From Leucoraja ocellata (taxonomy: Eukaryota): a stretch of DNA of 64,000 bases. The position numbers were made by a program, and so were the translations under genes. The first letter of the stretch is position 1. Every line of letters begins with the position of its first letter. Under the pieces are notes generated by a model. That model did not search any database. It was given only the letters and a program-made list of their open reading frames with translations, and was not told the DNA's origin. The stretch covers positions 1,116,001 to 1,180,000 of the forward strand of contig JAWMAR010000406.1 of the NCBI GenBank assembly GCA_036785375.1, written 5' to 3'. Below are positions 13,301 to 28,700 of this stretch, piece after piece.

Positions 13301-16300
13301 AAATGGTCACTTCAGACCACCTCATCCATGTTGCCCATTTTTGTCCATCTACACAAATCCCCATCCCCCTGTGCCAGCATTAGTAGTTACATTCTGTGTT
13401 GCCATTGTAATTATTCATTGTAATGCCTCTTAAACATGGATATACTTTTTGATCCCACCAACCACCCTAGCAGCACATTCCAGATATCAGCCACTCACCA
13501 TGTAAACAAAAAGCTTACTGCTCAGATCACTTTAAAAGTTCCCTCACCTTTAAACTGTGCCCCCCCCCCCCCACCCCCGCCAGGATTATAAAAGTCTATT
13601 TTTATTTATTTTTATTTCCAGACTATTTCCACTTTCTTGTCGGAAGATCAAGTCAACAGAGAAGTATTTTTCTGACTATCAGAGTATCTCAAACAGTAAT
13701 TTGATGTAAAGATTCAAAAACCACAGTAAGTTTTGATCATGCAAGCAGAAACAAAAAAACCTACAGGGTGCTGAGGTAGCTAACCACAAAGAAAACCAAC
13801 ATTTAAAATAATATATAATTTAAGCACCAGCAAAAAAATTAGATGTTTTTTGTTGTTGTTTTTGTGGTGAGTTGGGGCACAGAACATGTAATTGTTATTT
13901 TACATGAATTTAGTAGTTGAAAAGAAAAATGCAGAAGATTACAGGATCAAATGGGTGTCTCCATGAAGTGCAATAAGTCGACTAGTCAGTCTGTGGGCTT
14001 TAAGCATGTTATTTTACTGTTATGTGTTTAGCATTATTAATTAACTACTTTTAGCTGACCATGAGACATCTTCTAATTGCTTTTTGTACTTAGATGTTGA
14101 ATGAAAACTAAATGAGGTCATAACCTCAGAATTAAAGGGCACTCTTGTAAGGAGGAACTTCTTTAGTTAGAGGATAGTTAATCTGTGGAACTCATTGCCA
14201 CAGAGGGCTGTGGAGTCCAAATCAGTGCACATCTTAATTAGAACGGGGGTCAAGGATTATGGGGAGAAGGCAGGAACATGGGATTATGTGGCAGAGATCA
14301 GCCGTGATTGAATGGCAGAGTAGACTCGGTGGGCCGAATTACCTAATTCTACTCCTATAACTAGTGAAATACTTAATTGCATTCGACAACATTAACAATG
14401 TAGATAAACACAGTATCGTTAACTAGTTGAGAAGGTAGTTAGATTGTCTTTACAAGGAATGCACAAAGTACAAGGAAAAACACCATTCACGATTGACATT
14501 TCAATCCCATCTTGAGCCTGTCCAGGCTTTCCTCAATATGTCAATTGGTGAAATTGTAGGTGAATATCTCTAATTGTATCATTCCTTTGCATATTCTGTA
14601 CCGACACATCTTCTAAGTCCCCTTCAGCTTTGAATTGGTTTTCTGTTGTTGAAGAATAGATACTGCATCTTTTCAATCATTTAAAAGATGTCACTACTCA
14701 CCTGCCCAAAAGATTAACCCACTTACAGTAATTAACCAAACACAACCTTTTCCTCCATACCATTTTACTGCTGTAGAAATTTGTAAGATCAGGAAAATAA
14801 ATAATCTTCCACAAATAAATTCTTAGGTTCATAAAATAAGTGCTGATATGATTAAAATTAAAATTGCACTAAAAATACAAGAATTTAGATTAAGTTTTGT
14901 TTTGCACTTTGAAACAAATGATTTCACTGTTTCAGTTGTACTTGATGGAACTATGACGCTACATTTCTACATGTTAAAAGCCAAAGCATGCTGTGCAAGG
15001 TTTCTGTATTAAAAATATCTCCTGCGTACCGCTCTGTACTGCATCACTGCATTTAATGTCCTTCTATGAATGCTTCAAAAGGCACCACTTTTCAGTCCGG
15101 AGCTTTTCACAGTGGACTACAGTACACCAAAGACACTGTTTATATTGCTAACCAAGAGAAAAGTATTAAACATTCGTTTCACTCACACGCAAAAATCTGC
15201 CATTCATTGAAAGGAAATACAACTCACACTTCACTAGATACAGAACTTAGCCAAGAATAGCAACTTTACATCTTGATTCCTTTCAGTAAACATTCATTAA
15301 ATGTCCAGTTATTTTTAAAAAAGTGATTTTACAGCTACATTTTAAAAATACAAGTTCCAAGACATCTATTCATGAAGCACTTGTGTTTAGCATACCATCT
15401 CAACCAATTACCAGACGCTCCCTGACTTATGTACGGGTTAGGTCCCACAGACCCTTGCGTAAGTCGGATGTAATGCAAGTTGGAAACGGAAGTGCGCACC
15501 TGAAACCTTACTATCCAACACGGAGACTATGGGTGTGTCTGGGTCTCTGTGCATGTGATGCTGCTACAAGCAAGATTTTCGTTGTACTTGTACCTCACAG
15601 TACTTGTGCATACAACAAAGTCAATTTTGATTTTCATTCTTGTGTACTGTTTGTTTTTGGTGTGTTATCGTGCTAATATACCTGCAAACCTGCAGCGAGT
15701 AAAAATTGTATTGTTCCGGTCCTGGTACATATTCAGTTGCAGATTAAATTATGAAAATACGAAAAGAACCAAAGAAAAAAAATTTGAGTGCTTTCGCTGG
15801 TAGTTACGCAGTCTCGACAGAATTATGCAACATTTGGCATAGCCATAATTTCAAAGGGAAAATTGAGAACTCAATACTTGGATTGTTTGATTTTTCACAG
15901 AACCTTGCCTGTTTTATGTCAGCCTCATTACAGAAGGCTGTCTTACTTTAGACAAAGAACTGTAAACATTCAAACAAGCAAAGTATATTTGGGTGCAGAA
16001 TGTATTTTGCGCATGAACATACTTTGTGGTTGGGTCTTTCGATTTGGTTAGTAGAATAAAGGCAATGGGTTTCAGTTCTATAACACCAACAAATTGGTAC
16101 ACAACTTTCTCATAACCTGATTTTGAGAAGGGCTAAACTTTCTGGGCAACAAAGCATAAGCACTTACCTCAAAAAGCAGTTACTATTTCACCCCCAACCA
16201 GATTCTTATTGAAGGAAGTCCAAAGAAGGTTCTCAACCCAAAACATTACCTGCACATTTCCCTCTGCAGATAGTGCCTCTCCCATCGAGTTCCTCCAGCA

Positions 16301-19300
16301 CTTTGTTTTTTGCTCAATATTCTAGCATCTACAGTTTCTGAGCTTTACAGTTTTCTTTTTCTCTAAAATAAATTGCCATTTCAAGTGGCTTTATGTTGTT
16401 TGCTCACACCCATAACAACTGGGTTGAAATTGGGTAAAATCATTCCGTAGTGTTCTCTGATACCAGTGATAATGCATTGTTCCAAATTAAATTTAAATCT
16501 TGTCTAAGAGATGAATGTTCTAGCTATACATAGACACCAACTAATATTGTTGAAATAGGAGATGCAGATACACATAGTACAGTATATACTGTATGTTTAT
16601 ATCTATACTAGAAAGATAGGTAAATAAGTTATTTTCACCTTTTTTCCAAGTTGGAATACCAATGATGAAAGTGTGTCCATTGCCGTTTGACGCAACTCTG
16701 GAGTAAAATCCAGTGTACGAACTATTGGATGAATAATCCTCGACGCATAGTCAGTGAAGTCCAGGGATTCTGTCAGACGATCCAGAGTCTCCAAAGCCAC
16801 CCTAACGCATTTTGGAAAGAGATCAATGTATGATCATCAAGAAACAAGGCCCATTTTTGTCATTCCTCGTTCTAACTCTTATTTACATTTGGCCAAAAGG
16901 CTTGAATTCCACATATTTGGGATCTATTATTGTACAATATTACAAGCTTTCCATAACCCTCACTAACCGAGAATACTATATTTTGTATAGTAAATATTCA
17001 CATCCCATGTAGATGAGAAGGACCATTAACTACACCAACCTTAGCCTCACAAATAGCAAACAACCTAGTGATTTTCTTACATGAGACCCCAATCGGGAAT
17101 TTCATCCAACCATTTCAATGCTTCTCGCTACTTTTTATTTAGCTGAAAGTTTGTACAAACGTGACAGATGTTTGTTAAAGGTTTTAAAGCATAGATTGTA
17201 TATGAACAACTGCAGACTTACTTTCTAGGCCCCAGTGGTACTTCTTGTCCATCAAATAATTTAACAATTGGAGGAAGAAGAAGATGCAAATAATCATCCA
17301 GATTGGCACCAAACAGTTGTATTGCATTCAGTAACTACAGAAAGAAATCAACATCAATGGGTCAGTGGCCACTTTATTGTCACATGTACCATGGTACAGT
17401 GAAATTCCTTTCTTGCTTACAGTTCAGTAGAAATCTTTTTATACATAAGCACAATCATACTGAAGTACAAGGATATAGGAATGGTAAATTGCACTGACAC
17501 AGAACTCGTCACCACATTTTTACCACTATATTGTGCGTTTTGAAGTTCAAAGTTGTTAAAAATGTAGAGTTTTAACTCGGTGATAATGGCTCGTTATCCT
17601 GGCAGTGGCACGGGATTTGAAGAGAAAGTTAAAATAATACATCTGAAATTCATTTCTGTCATGAATTGTGAAACTGCTGAATAAAGATACTAAAATTGAA
17701 ACATGAATTGCCTGAAGTGGCATAACTTTGTCGACGCTCTTTATGTGGCGACTATTGCATACCTTGGGTATGGAAGCAAAGAATTTCACTGTGACTTGTC
17801 ACATGTGACAATAAAGTATTCATTCGTTCAAGTGCAAAGAATCTGACTTGAATTAAACTACATTATTTTGATCACTGAATACAAATGGAAGTTTCCAGTG
17901 CAGCTACCGTTTTATAATTCATCAAAGCCCTGAACTTCAATAGTATGTGGCACACCAAAGGACAAAACAGATTGTCCAGGGTGCATAGTAATCTACAGAG
18001 AGTCAGAAAGGAGATCCAATTTCTTGGCATCAATATTTTATTAAGAGAATCCAGCAATCAAAATGAATACTGAGTGGCAACGAGCAAAAGTTTTCCAATT
18101 ATAAGAAATTGGATAGTAACATTCTAATTTGGGAACACGGCAATCCACTCCAACATTTTGGTTTCTGGAATCAATAATTTGATTAAAGTGCAACAGGGTT
18201 AAAAAATTCAATAAGGTTACAATTCACAGAAGTATTATGATGTTCGCGTTTAAACTTCAAAAATAGTTTACCCGTCTCCTTTATCATCAATGACAAATTA
18301 TGTCAAAGAGAGTTTTAATAATAAATACAAATTTAGTTATTGCTATGCTGTTATTAAGCTGGGCTGTGAACCCTGTGAGGCATTTTTGATCTTGTTCATT
18401 ACTATCTACTAATTTTATCTCACAACTCATGAAAACTTAACCCATTAATCATTAAATAATGCACTGCAATGCATTGATGCCAATTTAAGACAGTTTCCTA
18501 TGGTCCATTCAGCTTTCAAAAAAAGTTTTGTAATATAGAATTATAGTCCAATAAAGATTAAATAAAACATTTTACGGCACAAACAGAAAACTGTCAAGGG
18601 CTGAAAACTGGATATTTTAGTCTGGAGGATTTTAACTAACAAAATAATTCTGTCCATTAATAAATGTCATCAAAACTTTACTAGACTCACCTTGATTGTG
18701 ACACTACGACCTGCACTGGTGTCATGCATGAAGACACGTAGCATGTGTGGAATTAGCTGCGGTAGATAAAGCTTAAACTCCCCTCCCAAAGCGACAACAA
18801 TCTGCTCAATGACCAGAATTATCGTATTTTGCATTTGGTTGTTAAGTGTCCAATATTCCTGTAAACAGCAGAAGATAATGACTTTTACAATTAAATCCAC
18901 ATTTAAAGTTCTTCTTAAAGGAATGTACTTTTGTGCTGGGTTAAGAAATCAAACAAAGAGTCTCTGTAGATTTTCACCTTGTGTTCCGATTTCCTCTTAC
19001 ATCCCAAAGGTANNNNNNNNNNNNNNNNNNNNNNNNNNNNNNNNNNNNNNNNNNNNNNNNNNNNNNNNNNNNNNNNNNNNNNNNNNNNNNNNNNNNNNNN
19101 NNNNNNNNNNNNNNNNNNNNNNNNNNNNNNNNNNNNNNNNNNNNNNNNNNNNNNNNNNNNNNNNNNNNNNNNGGAAGCAAGAGAATCAATGGATTTTATG
19201 GGCGTTGGAAAGATGGCAGGTTCAGGAGGATAAGGGAATGAGACAATTGCATTGGACTGCTCGGACAGCCAGCACAGGCTTGATGGGGGTGATTGGCCTT

Positions 19301-22300
19301 ATTCAACATCATAAGGGAATATAAGGACATAACATCAGAGATAAATATGAAAAATCTGCAATAATGAATCAATTAACGCCAAAATCCAGACCGTTGAACC
19401 CAACAACGGGAATCCCTTCTCACCACGGACTGTCCTAATTAAAGGCCATTGTTAGGAATGGGAGTTAAATCCTGGATTTGTCAACAATACCCGTGTCAGA
19501 TAAGTACATAAAAGCGCCAAGTTTAAGTCAGTTTTTACATAATGTAAACAGGCTACAGCGTGACTGTGCAACTGAAATTTCTAAGTGCAGTTATCCAATT
19601 TTTATTTTTTAAATATTCAGCATTATCTTCAACATTTTGAGATCTGGAACACATTGGAAAATTACAATTCTCCAGTCTCCAGCACTTAAATATATAGTGT
19701 GAACATTATATCCTGAATGCTTTTCTGAGGTCAGTTTCAAACACTGCACAAGGGCATCTCCTCATGTGGTTCTGTGTTAAATTGCATTTGGGTATGCCCA
19801 TGTAAAGCACCTTGTTAGATATAAACTATCATAGAAATTCATGTTGTCCTTACAGAATTAGAAATATGCTACGCAGAAGGCTATGGACAGCGACTTCTAT
19901 AACTATTTATAGAAAGCAGTTTAAATCATAAACCCTCAGGCAGTTTTAAGACTGATGACAAGAACGACAGGAAGACTATGAACTGATAAATGGTGCTCAC
20001 TTTAATCAAGGCAAATATGTCATCCATATAGGGTCGAATGTGAATCTTCACAAAGGAAACAAGCATTCCCAGCTGCTGGAACAAAAACTGCAACAAAACA
20101 AAAAAGTATATAAATAGTTTAGACATAAATGTTCTCAACTGAAAAATATAATTACATACATGATTAAGAAATTACATTCTGTCCCATGACTTTTTAATAA
20201 ATAAATTGTACTATTTTTACATGGCAACCACAAATTTCAACAAATCCCCAGATTATTGGTTTTAAATGTGCTAAACTGTAGAGACAAGCAGGAATAAGTC
20301 TAACAGTAGGTAATCCAACAAAGTACAAATGGAAAATGTCAATAAATTCATAAATCGCATTCTCCTCCCTTGCTTCTTGTAAGACCATGATGTAGATTTC
20401 ATCAAGCTCAGGGGATTTGTACACCTTAATGTGCATCAACAACTTACATTTCCACTCTCCCAATACACATGTGTTCCAAACTATCAGCATACACCTTTCC
20501 TATCCTTCACCCTCCTCAACTCCCCTCTTCCCCTCCTCCCTTCCGTGAATACTTGTGTGAAATACTCATTCCGGACAGCACACATTTCCCCTGGCTCCAG
20601 AGCCCTCTGGGCTCCTGAGGAGACCCTCTCTTTTCCTACCTACACTCTTGCTTCGAATATGCATGATAGGTTTTGTAATTCTATTTTATTCTGTTAGGAA
20701 AGGTAATTTCACATACCATTTTTGCCCTCTTGCCTACTTTCTTAAGATCTCCTCTATATCCTTTACAAACCTCAAAGGACTCACTTTATACATTCTTTCC
20801 TATATCCGACATCTGGTTCTTTCTTTTTTCAGAATCCAACCCCCTGATTTCCTTTCTTAAGCAAGTTTCCTAATCTTGTCATCTTTGCTTCTTGCCCTTA
20901 CAGAGATAAGCCGATTCCGAAGAAGCTCGTTCAAGAAACCTACCTCTCGAATATTGGCATCGCACACTCGAATAATGTTCAGGAACGTAGGCATGACTTG
21001 AGGCAGGAACTGGACACACTTCAAGCCCAAAGACTTGAAGATAAACGTGACAGCCTGAACGACCATTGTATGGTGGTTTGAGAGGGAGGTGTCTCGCAAG
21101 ATGCGCATCAGGGTTACCACTGCAACAGCCGGGTAAAACTCATCCAATGGTAAATTCCCCATGTTCACCAGCATTTCACTAGTGCTGTAATCGGCTGCAA
21201 TCAAAATAAACAGTAAAAATGTAAATAGAGAAACTTTTGAATATTAATAATTGCAATGCAACAAGTCAACTGGATCAAAACCTTCTGATTTTATCGTGAA
21301 GTGCCTTCTTGGGGTTTGTCTATGGTTTACAGTAGTACAACACAGAAACGGGCTAAACTCCCTCAACATCATTTCACTTGGTTGGAGAGGTCTACATTTT
21401 ACACTCCCTTCCCCTAAATTGCAGAGCATCCTAACAGAGAATTAAATAAATACTTTGAAACAGTCATGATCAATCATATTTAGAGTTCCTTCGTGAAACA
21501 GCAGGAAATACCAATTACTTAGAAAATACCTCATTGAAAATGCTGGCTTTGCACTCAGTCCATAAATCTTCACACAGCGAGACTTTGAATTCATTCAACA
21601 AAATGCATGCATTGTCTTGACACAATGCGTTAGATGGAGATGTCTTAGTGTTAATAATCCATTCAGCTGTAACCAGTGCCAAATCTCATTACATTTTATT
21701 GCTGAAGGTCACACTTATTTCCTGAAGTACATTTAAATGAAGAAACTAAAAGGTACAATCAATCTCTGCAAAGTAGGATAAGGTCAGTCTGCATTATACC
21801 CAGTTGTGCTGAGCTGCTTATTCCATAAATTATATTCATCATCATGCAATAAAGCTGCAATGTTAGTTTCCTTCTTTTGAACTCTTCCCCAATTAAATGC
21901 TGTCACAATAATTTGTTATTCTACCATTTTGATTAGTCTTCATTCCCCATTAATTATTTGCAACAAGGTGACTGCCCACTTTAAAAGGCATCATGATGTA
22001 TCAATCAATTCTCACAATGTTTATATATTTTAGGCATAAAATGAAAGACATCCTAATGTAGTAGTTCACACTAGTTTGCAGACATATTTGGAAAGGAGGG
22101 AAAAGCATTGACTTGAAAATGTTTAACTCACCACTTACTATAACTGAGACTTGGAGTTTAGAAAGTGTACCAGATTATATTTGTGTTTCACTTAAAAATA
22201 ATGAGCAGAACCTTCAAAGAGAGTATCGCTGAAACTGAGAATGATCTGATCATGACTCCTGCCTATCAAACAAGTCACTCCACTACCATGTAGTAACAAA

Positions 22301-25300
22301 TAAACTCAATCAGATCAGGCATAATGATATCTAAATGCAATTGATATTTGATTAAAATATGGGTTACATTTCTGGAATATGTTGCAATTGTGTTATATGT
22401 ATGAACAGCTAGCTCAGGTCCCTGTGCATGATACTACTTAGTGTTTTAGTGTCCCGCTACACATTTGTGAATTTTTGTGCTGAACAGTGCCCTCTCAGTG
22501 TCAAATAATCTGCAGTTGTTGAAGCTTACACAACGTGGCTGTTTTAGTGAGACACAAGAGATCCATAACGCCTGTAAAACTGCATTTTACAATACGATGC
22601 AAAGGTAGATGAACTCAGGGCACGGATTGATAGATGGGACTGAGATATTATAACCATGACAGGAATATAGATGAGAGAGGGGCACAACTGGCAGCTCAAA
22701 TGTCACTTGCAACATGCTTTAGTTTAATTTATTGTCACGTATGCCGAGGTACAGTGAAAAGCTTTTGTTGCGTGCAGGATGCACATGCAGGATAGAGATA
22801 GAGCGAACAAGGAGTGGAATTGTGTTTGTGATTAGAGGAGAACGGCACAGCAGTACCTCAGGAGATATCCTTAGGTAATCATCCAGTAAGGCTGGATGAT
22901 TCATTAATGGGTGCAACTTGGAAATAAGAAGGGGATGATCAATTGGATGTGATTGTATTATAGGTCCCCCAATAGTCAGCAGGAATGAGAGGAACAAATA
23001 TATAGGGAGTTTGCAGTAGCTGTATAAATAATTAGGTTGTAGTAGTGCGCGATTTCAACTTCACTCATATTGACTGTCTTACAAACATGATCGCATTTTT
23101 TTGAGGAAGAGACAAAGGTGATTGATGAGGGCAGGGCAGTGGATGTTATGTACACAGACTTCAGTAAAGCATCTGGTAAGGTTCGTCATGGTAGGATGAT
23201 CCAGAAGATTAAAATACATGAAATCTAGTGACTGGGTAGTTTGGATTCAGATCTGGTTTGCCCCTAAAAGAGAGAGGGTGGTGTGGAAGGAGGTTATTTT
23301 GGCTAGAGATATGTGACCAGTAGTGTTCCCCAGGGATCAGTGTAATGACCTCTGTTGTTTGTGAACATGTAAATGGATCATTTAATAACTTTGCTGATGG
23401 CACAAACATGGGTGGACTTGCAGACAATAAAGCCGGCTGTCAAAGAGTACAGAACAATCACAGATGTGGGTGGAGAAATGGAAGATAGAGTTTAATCGGG
23501 ACAAGTGTGAGGTGTTGTACTTTGGGAAGTCAAATGCATAGGGAAAATATAAAGTTAATGGCAGGACCCATATACAGAGGGATCTTGGGGTCCAAATGCA
23601 TACTCACAAAAATAGCAATGGATCATGTGCAGGCAGAAGGGATCAGTTTAATTTGGCATGATGTTTAGCACAGATATTGCGGGCCATAGGGCCTGGCCCT
23701 GTCCTGTGCCATGATGTGTTTCGTGTTCTTATTGCCCAGGTGATCATATTATTTTATGTAGCATTTCATACACGAGTGTCATCAGGGTCCAATGGGCCAG
23801 CAGAGGGTGTCGAAGGTCGGACAGGCCCACAGTGAACGAAGAGGGACCTGGCGGACTAAATGGAATACTTAGGGAGGGACCATAGAGGACTAAATGGAAC
23901 ACTTTGTATCTATCGGTGCCCTATACGTGGCGACTCTTTGCACACTTGTGTACCAAAACAAAGAATCGCACTGTGACATGCCACGTGTGATAATAAAGTC
24001 TCATTCATTCATTCATTCCTTGCACATCAAAGATAAGCATGTAAGATAAGATCAGTGTTTCGGTCGGTTCAAAATATTACTTTCGATTTCTTGCCAAAAA
24101 GAAATACAATATCAAAAATAAAGGCTAGAAGCAATTACATTAGTGCTCAAACATTTGTCAAGTTACTGCCAATGCAACTGATCCTTATTGCGAACCACAT
24201 TCATACCTGGGGGTGGAAGATTGCAACTGTCACGTGGTTTCGACGAATGCAATCAACCTGGTGTGCACAATCAAATATGATCAAATAGAACAAGTTGTCC
24301 TACAACTTTAGGCTGTGCACGCCATATGCAAGAAGAAGATTCATACCTGAATCCTGATTTGATTTAGACTCTGATAGACTGACAGCAGAAGCATCTCGGG
24401 ACTGGTCAATCATCCCAATATTAACCTTGTGCTTGTATGGATCCAAGGCACCCAACAGCCCCAAGACACGGATTGCCTACAAAAAATAGCAAGATATTGG
24501 TAAATATTTTGCACCTTTCTTAAAGAAAAAACATTTAATTAGCAGCTTTTGAAATAAACTCATCATACTTCATAGATTTCTTGTATAATTATTTTCTTTA
24601 CATCTACATTAGTGCAACCATTTGCAATAGGTTTTAAATTTCCCTTTGCATAAAGATAGAGTAATATTTGCAAATTAATTTCAAGGTGTGCTTACCACTC
24701 TACAATCTGTCTGCAGGGTGTTTACGCAAAGATACCTCCATTTTGCTTGTGTTGTCAGCACAAAATAACACAAGAAATAGGAGCATGCGTTGGCCCACCA
24801 GGCTCGTCACGTCTGCCCCATCATTCACTATGATCAAGGTTGATCTATGCCAGCCTCATCTCCTGTGTCAGCTCTCCATAACCCTGAATTCCACAGTCAA
24901 GGGTAAAGACTTCCTGAGATCCACTACATGCCTCAGTTTTAAATGTCCAGCTCCTTATCTTGTAGCTATGTCCTCTTGCTACTGACTCTCCCACTGGTGG
25001 AAACATCTAAACATCTACCCCATCAAGCCCCTTAGAATCTTACATGTGTGAATATGGAAGTATTTTTTCCCAGAATAGGATGATTTCCATTGCTTTACCT
25101 GCAGTAACACATGCACCGACTAATATGCCCTTTTCATGTCTTGGTAAGTGTCACCCTTACCCTTTCTGACAGACAAAATGGGAGACCTTGCTGTGGGCCT
25201 TGAAACATTTTTGGTTCAGAATTTACTCCCAATGTCCTATATATGTTGCAAGGGTAGAGCTACCACAAAAAGTTCCTCTAAATCATAAAGTAAACTGGAA

Positions 25301-25687
25301 CTTCAACAAGATCTCAATGAACGGGTAGGTACAGATTGTATTTCGGATCAACTGGGGGTCATCTCATCATCAAAAGATCTGCGACTGCTCGCTGTTTAGG
25401 TTTCAGGATGAAAAATAATTACTCTGCACTGTCATTTTTCAGCAGCAGATGTGTTGTGCACAGATAGCCTGGAGCTCAGTTGTGCTGCTTTGTCTGCGAA
25501 GAGGCAGAAATGTTTGATCTTGCCCGTGCCTTTAAGGCCACATTTTCAATACTCTATACAGGATTTTACAGTCACTTGTTAATGAATGAGGTGAGAGAGA
25601 AATTGTAGCAGCATGAAAAATCTATGATCTCATTTCAATCTTTCCCTTCAAAAAATAAAATTAGTTTGCATCTCCAAATACAGTGTT

Positions 25688-25723
<36 letters not shown>

Positions 25724-28700
25724 GATTTAGAAGGTAAAGCCTAGGAATGAATTTGTATTTGGTTAAAAAAATTTGATTAACATTTTGTGGATACAGTGGG
25801 GAGGCACTGGAGGGGGATGTGGAGGAAGGAAGAATCAAAACACCAACTATGCTGCTGACCACATATACATTTGGCATGTAGGTGAAAAGTAAAATCCTGC
25901 TTCAGCTCATGCTACTTTTCTTAACCAACTCAAAATACCATCTCAATCCAAAATAAAAATTGGTTCCAATGAACTTGGTAATAGACAATGCAAGGTTTGG
26001 GAAAAGATACACTGGTGCATGCAAACAATGGGATACTATACTATTCAGGGCTGGTTAGATGGATCCAATGATTGGTCCAACCCTGTCCATTCTTCAGTTC
26101 AAAAAGTGGATAAACTAGACTGGAACATTAATTTAAACTTGGGTTGCAGCAGAAAAATACATTTATTCAACTCCTTAAAAAAAAGATTTAATTTGTCTTT
26201 TACAGAAGCTATCCAGAAGTAACTTGATGAGAGCTTCCAAAATTGATATGTTCAACAGTTGATTTAACTATTGTAGAACAGTTGGAATAAATTACATCTC
26301 CTTCAGGGTCCATGAAAATAGCTATTCTTGGTGACAAGATGATATAAAATATGAAACATTATTTTACTGTAAGATTGATTACTTGATGATTTAGATAAAT
26401 GGAAACATTGGCTCCAAGCTGGAGTAAATGCTCCAAATACCAATTTTAACTACATCCAACTGGCCTGATTGGCAATATGAGCTATCCAAATATCATAACT
26501 AAGAACAGCAGTGTATAAAAGTACTTTTTCATTAAGCTGGAGTGATGAATTTCTGTAAAAATTAACATTTTGCTTAATTTTCACTGTTTTTAAATAAGTG
26601 CATGCACAGCAATTCTCCATCCTGAGCAGGAATAACTCCTGCTTCAATCTACTTGTTCTTATTTTTAAAAAAACGTCAATATTCTACATTGCATTAGTTT
26701 TGCAAGATTAATGCAGCGCTATTGATGTTTTGCCTGACAAACAACTCTCCATACAGTGGATGGATTAATATGAACACATTTTTGAAGGGACCACTTGTCA
26801 CCTCTCACACCAAAACTGTTACTTGGTAGATAGATGGAATGACCTAGTTTCCAGCACATTATACTATTACTTTCATTGAAATGTAACCTATTTTAGCCAA
26901 ACCAACTCAGAAACACATTGCAGTATTCAGAGCATAAGTTGCCTTTCTCAAATTAGATTTCTGGAACCTATTATGCTCGTTATGCTCATAAGGTCATAAG
27001 TGATAGGAGCAAAATTAGGCTATTCGACCCATCTAGCCTGTTCTGCCATTCAATCATGGTTGATCTACCTCCCTCCAAATGCCATTCCTCTGCCTTCTCC
27101 CCATAACCCCCGACACCCATATTAATCAAAGTAAAAAGAAAAAGCTGGCTCGACATTGGCCCTGCCCGCAGGTCATAATACAGGTCGTATTAATTAAAAT
27201 TATGAGTTTCTGCACAATGGATCCACTGGCTTCTTGAAATGAAACTGATGTGGAATGATTCGAAAGATTTTAAACATATTTCAATTTACTAACAAAAAGA
27301 CCGCCACACTTCATTGTATCTAACACATTATTTTTTACAGTTAAAGTAATTTGAACAGAGTTTCTGCTAAATAAGGATTGCTGGCAGTTTACAAGAGAAA
27401 GCCAATCTCATTTGAAATGCACACATGTACATTTTTCAACATAAGGTGGTGAATCTGTAACTCTTTGCCACAAAAGGCTGTGAAGATCAAGTCAGTGGAT
27501 ATTTTTAACGCAGAGATAGATAGATCCTTAATTAGTACTGTGTCAGGGGTTATGAGGAGAAGGCAGGAGAATGGGGTTTGGAGGGAGAGATAGATGAGCC
27601 ATGATAGAAAGGCGGAGTAGACTCGAAGGGCCGATTAGCCTAATTCTGCTCCTATCACTTATGACCTTATGGTATCAGTCAGATCCTTCTACTGTTGTTC
27701 TCCTCTTTACTGTTGGTAGCTGACACACTGGAACTGAGCTTGGAACTTTGTGGTTCAGTGTCATATCAAGCATAGAGTCAGGGCTCCCAAAGACCCAAGT
27801 TCATTCCAGAGCTTGGATGCCATCTGTGTGGCATCTGGTTGGGTTTCAATTGAGAAACCCACATGACTGCTTGGGTTACAATTGAGCTAGCCAGCGTCCT
27901 ACCATAACAAAAGACAGACGATTGGTTAACTGGCTACTATAGACATAGAAACGTAGAAAATAGGTGCAGGAGTAGGCCATTCAGCCCTTCGAGCCTGCAC
28001 CGCCATTCATTATGATCATGGCTGATTACTATTTCTTGAAGGCAAATGGGACAAAATGTTCAAAAGGAACTTGAGAGGAAACAACTTGCAGAGGTTCAGG
28101 GAAATAAGGCGGGGGACAGGGTAAGTGGAATTTTCTGTTCAAACTCGGCTTGTGATTGATGGGCCTAATAGATTAATACCAAGTAAGCTTGGTATTAATC
28201 ATGCATTGGTCTAAAGCATCTCCATTAAAAAAGGAAAAAAAATGTACAACTTTGTAAAACACATAATGTCTGGAATTTATCATTAGAAATCCTAAGGTGA
28301 AAGTCTTTTCACCCATAAATTCCAGAGGCGCAGCAGTAGAGTTGCTGCCTTACAGCGCCAGAGATCTGGGTGCTGTCTGTGCGGAGTTTGGATGTTCTCC
28401 TTGTGACCGCATGGGTGGTCCAGTTCTCCTACCACATTCCAAAGATGTGCAAGTTTGTAGGTTAATTGACTTCTGTAAATTGTCCCTAGTGTGTATGATG
28501 GAACTAGTGTACGGATGATTGTTGGTTAGCGCGGACTCAGTGGGCCGAATAGCCTGTCTCCATGCCATGGAACTAAAAACTCTCTAAAAACAAAAACAAA
28601 ATTAATATGATAAGCCTACAGTTTAACTTCAAAATTCCGGCAGTTAATTTATAGACGAAATACAACACAATCTTCCAAAGACTTTTCTTCACAATCTTCC

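Noticed and set aside
18809-19324. ORFs spanning the N run
   Set aside because: Artefacts of the 160-N assembly gap.
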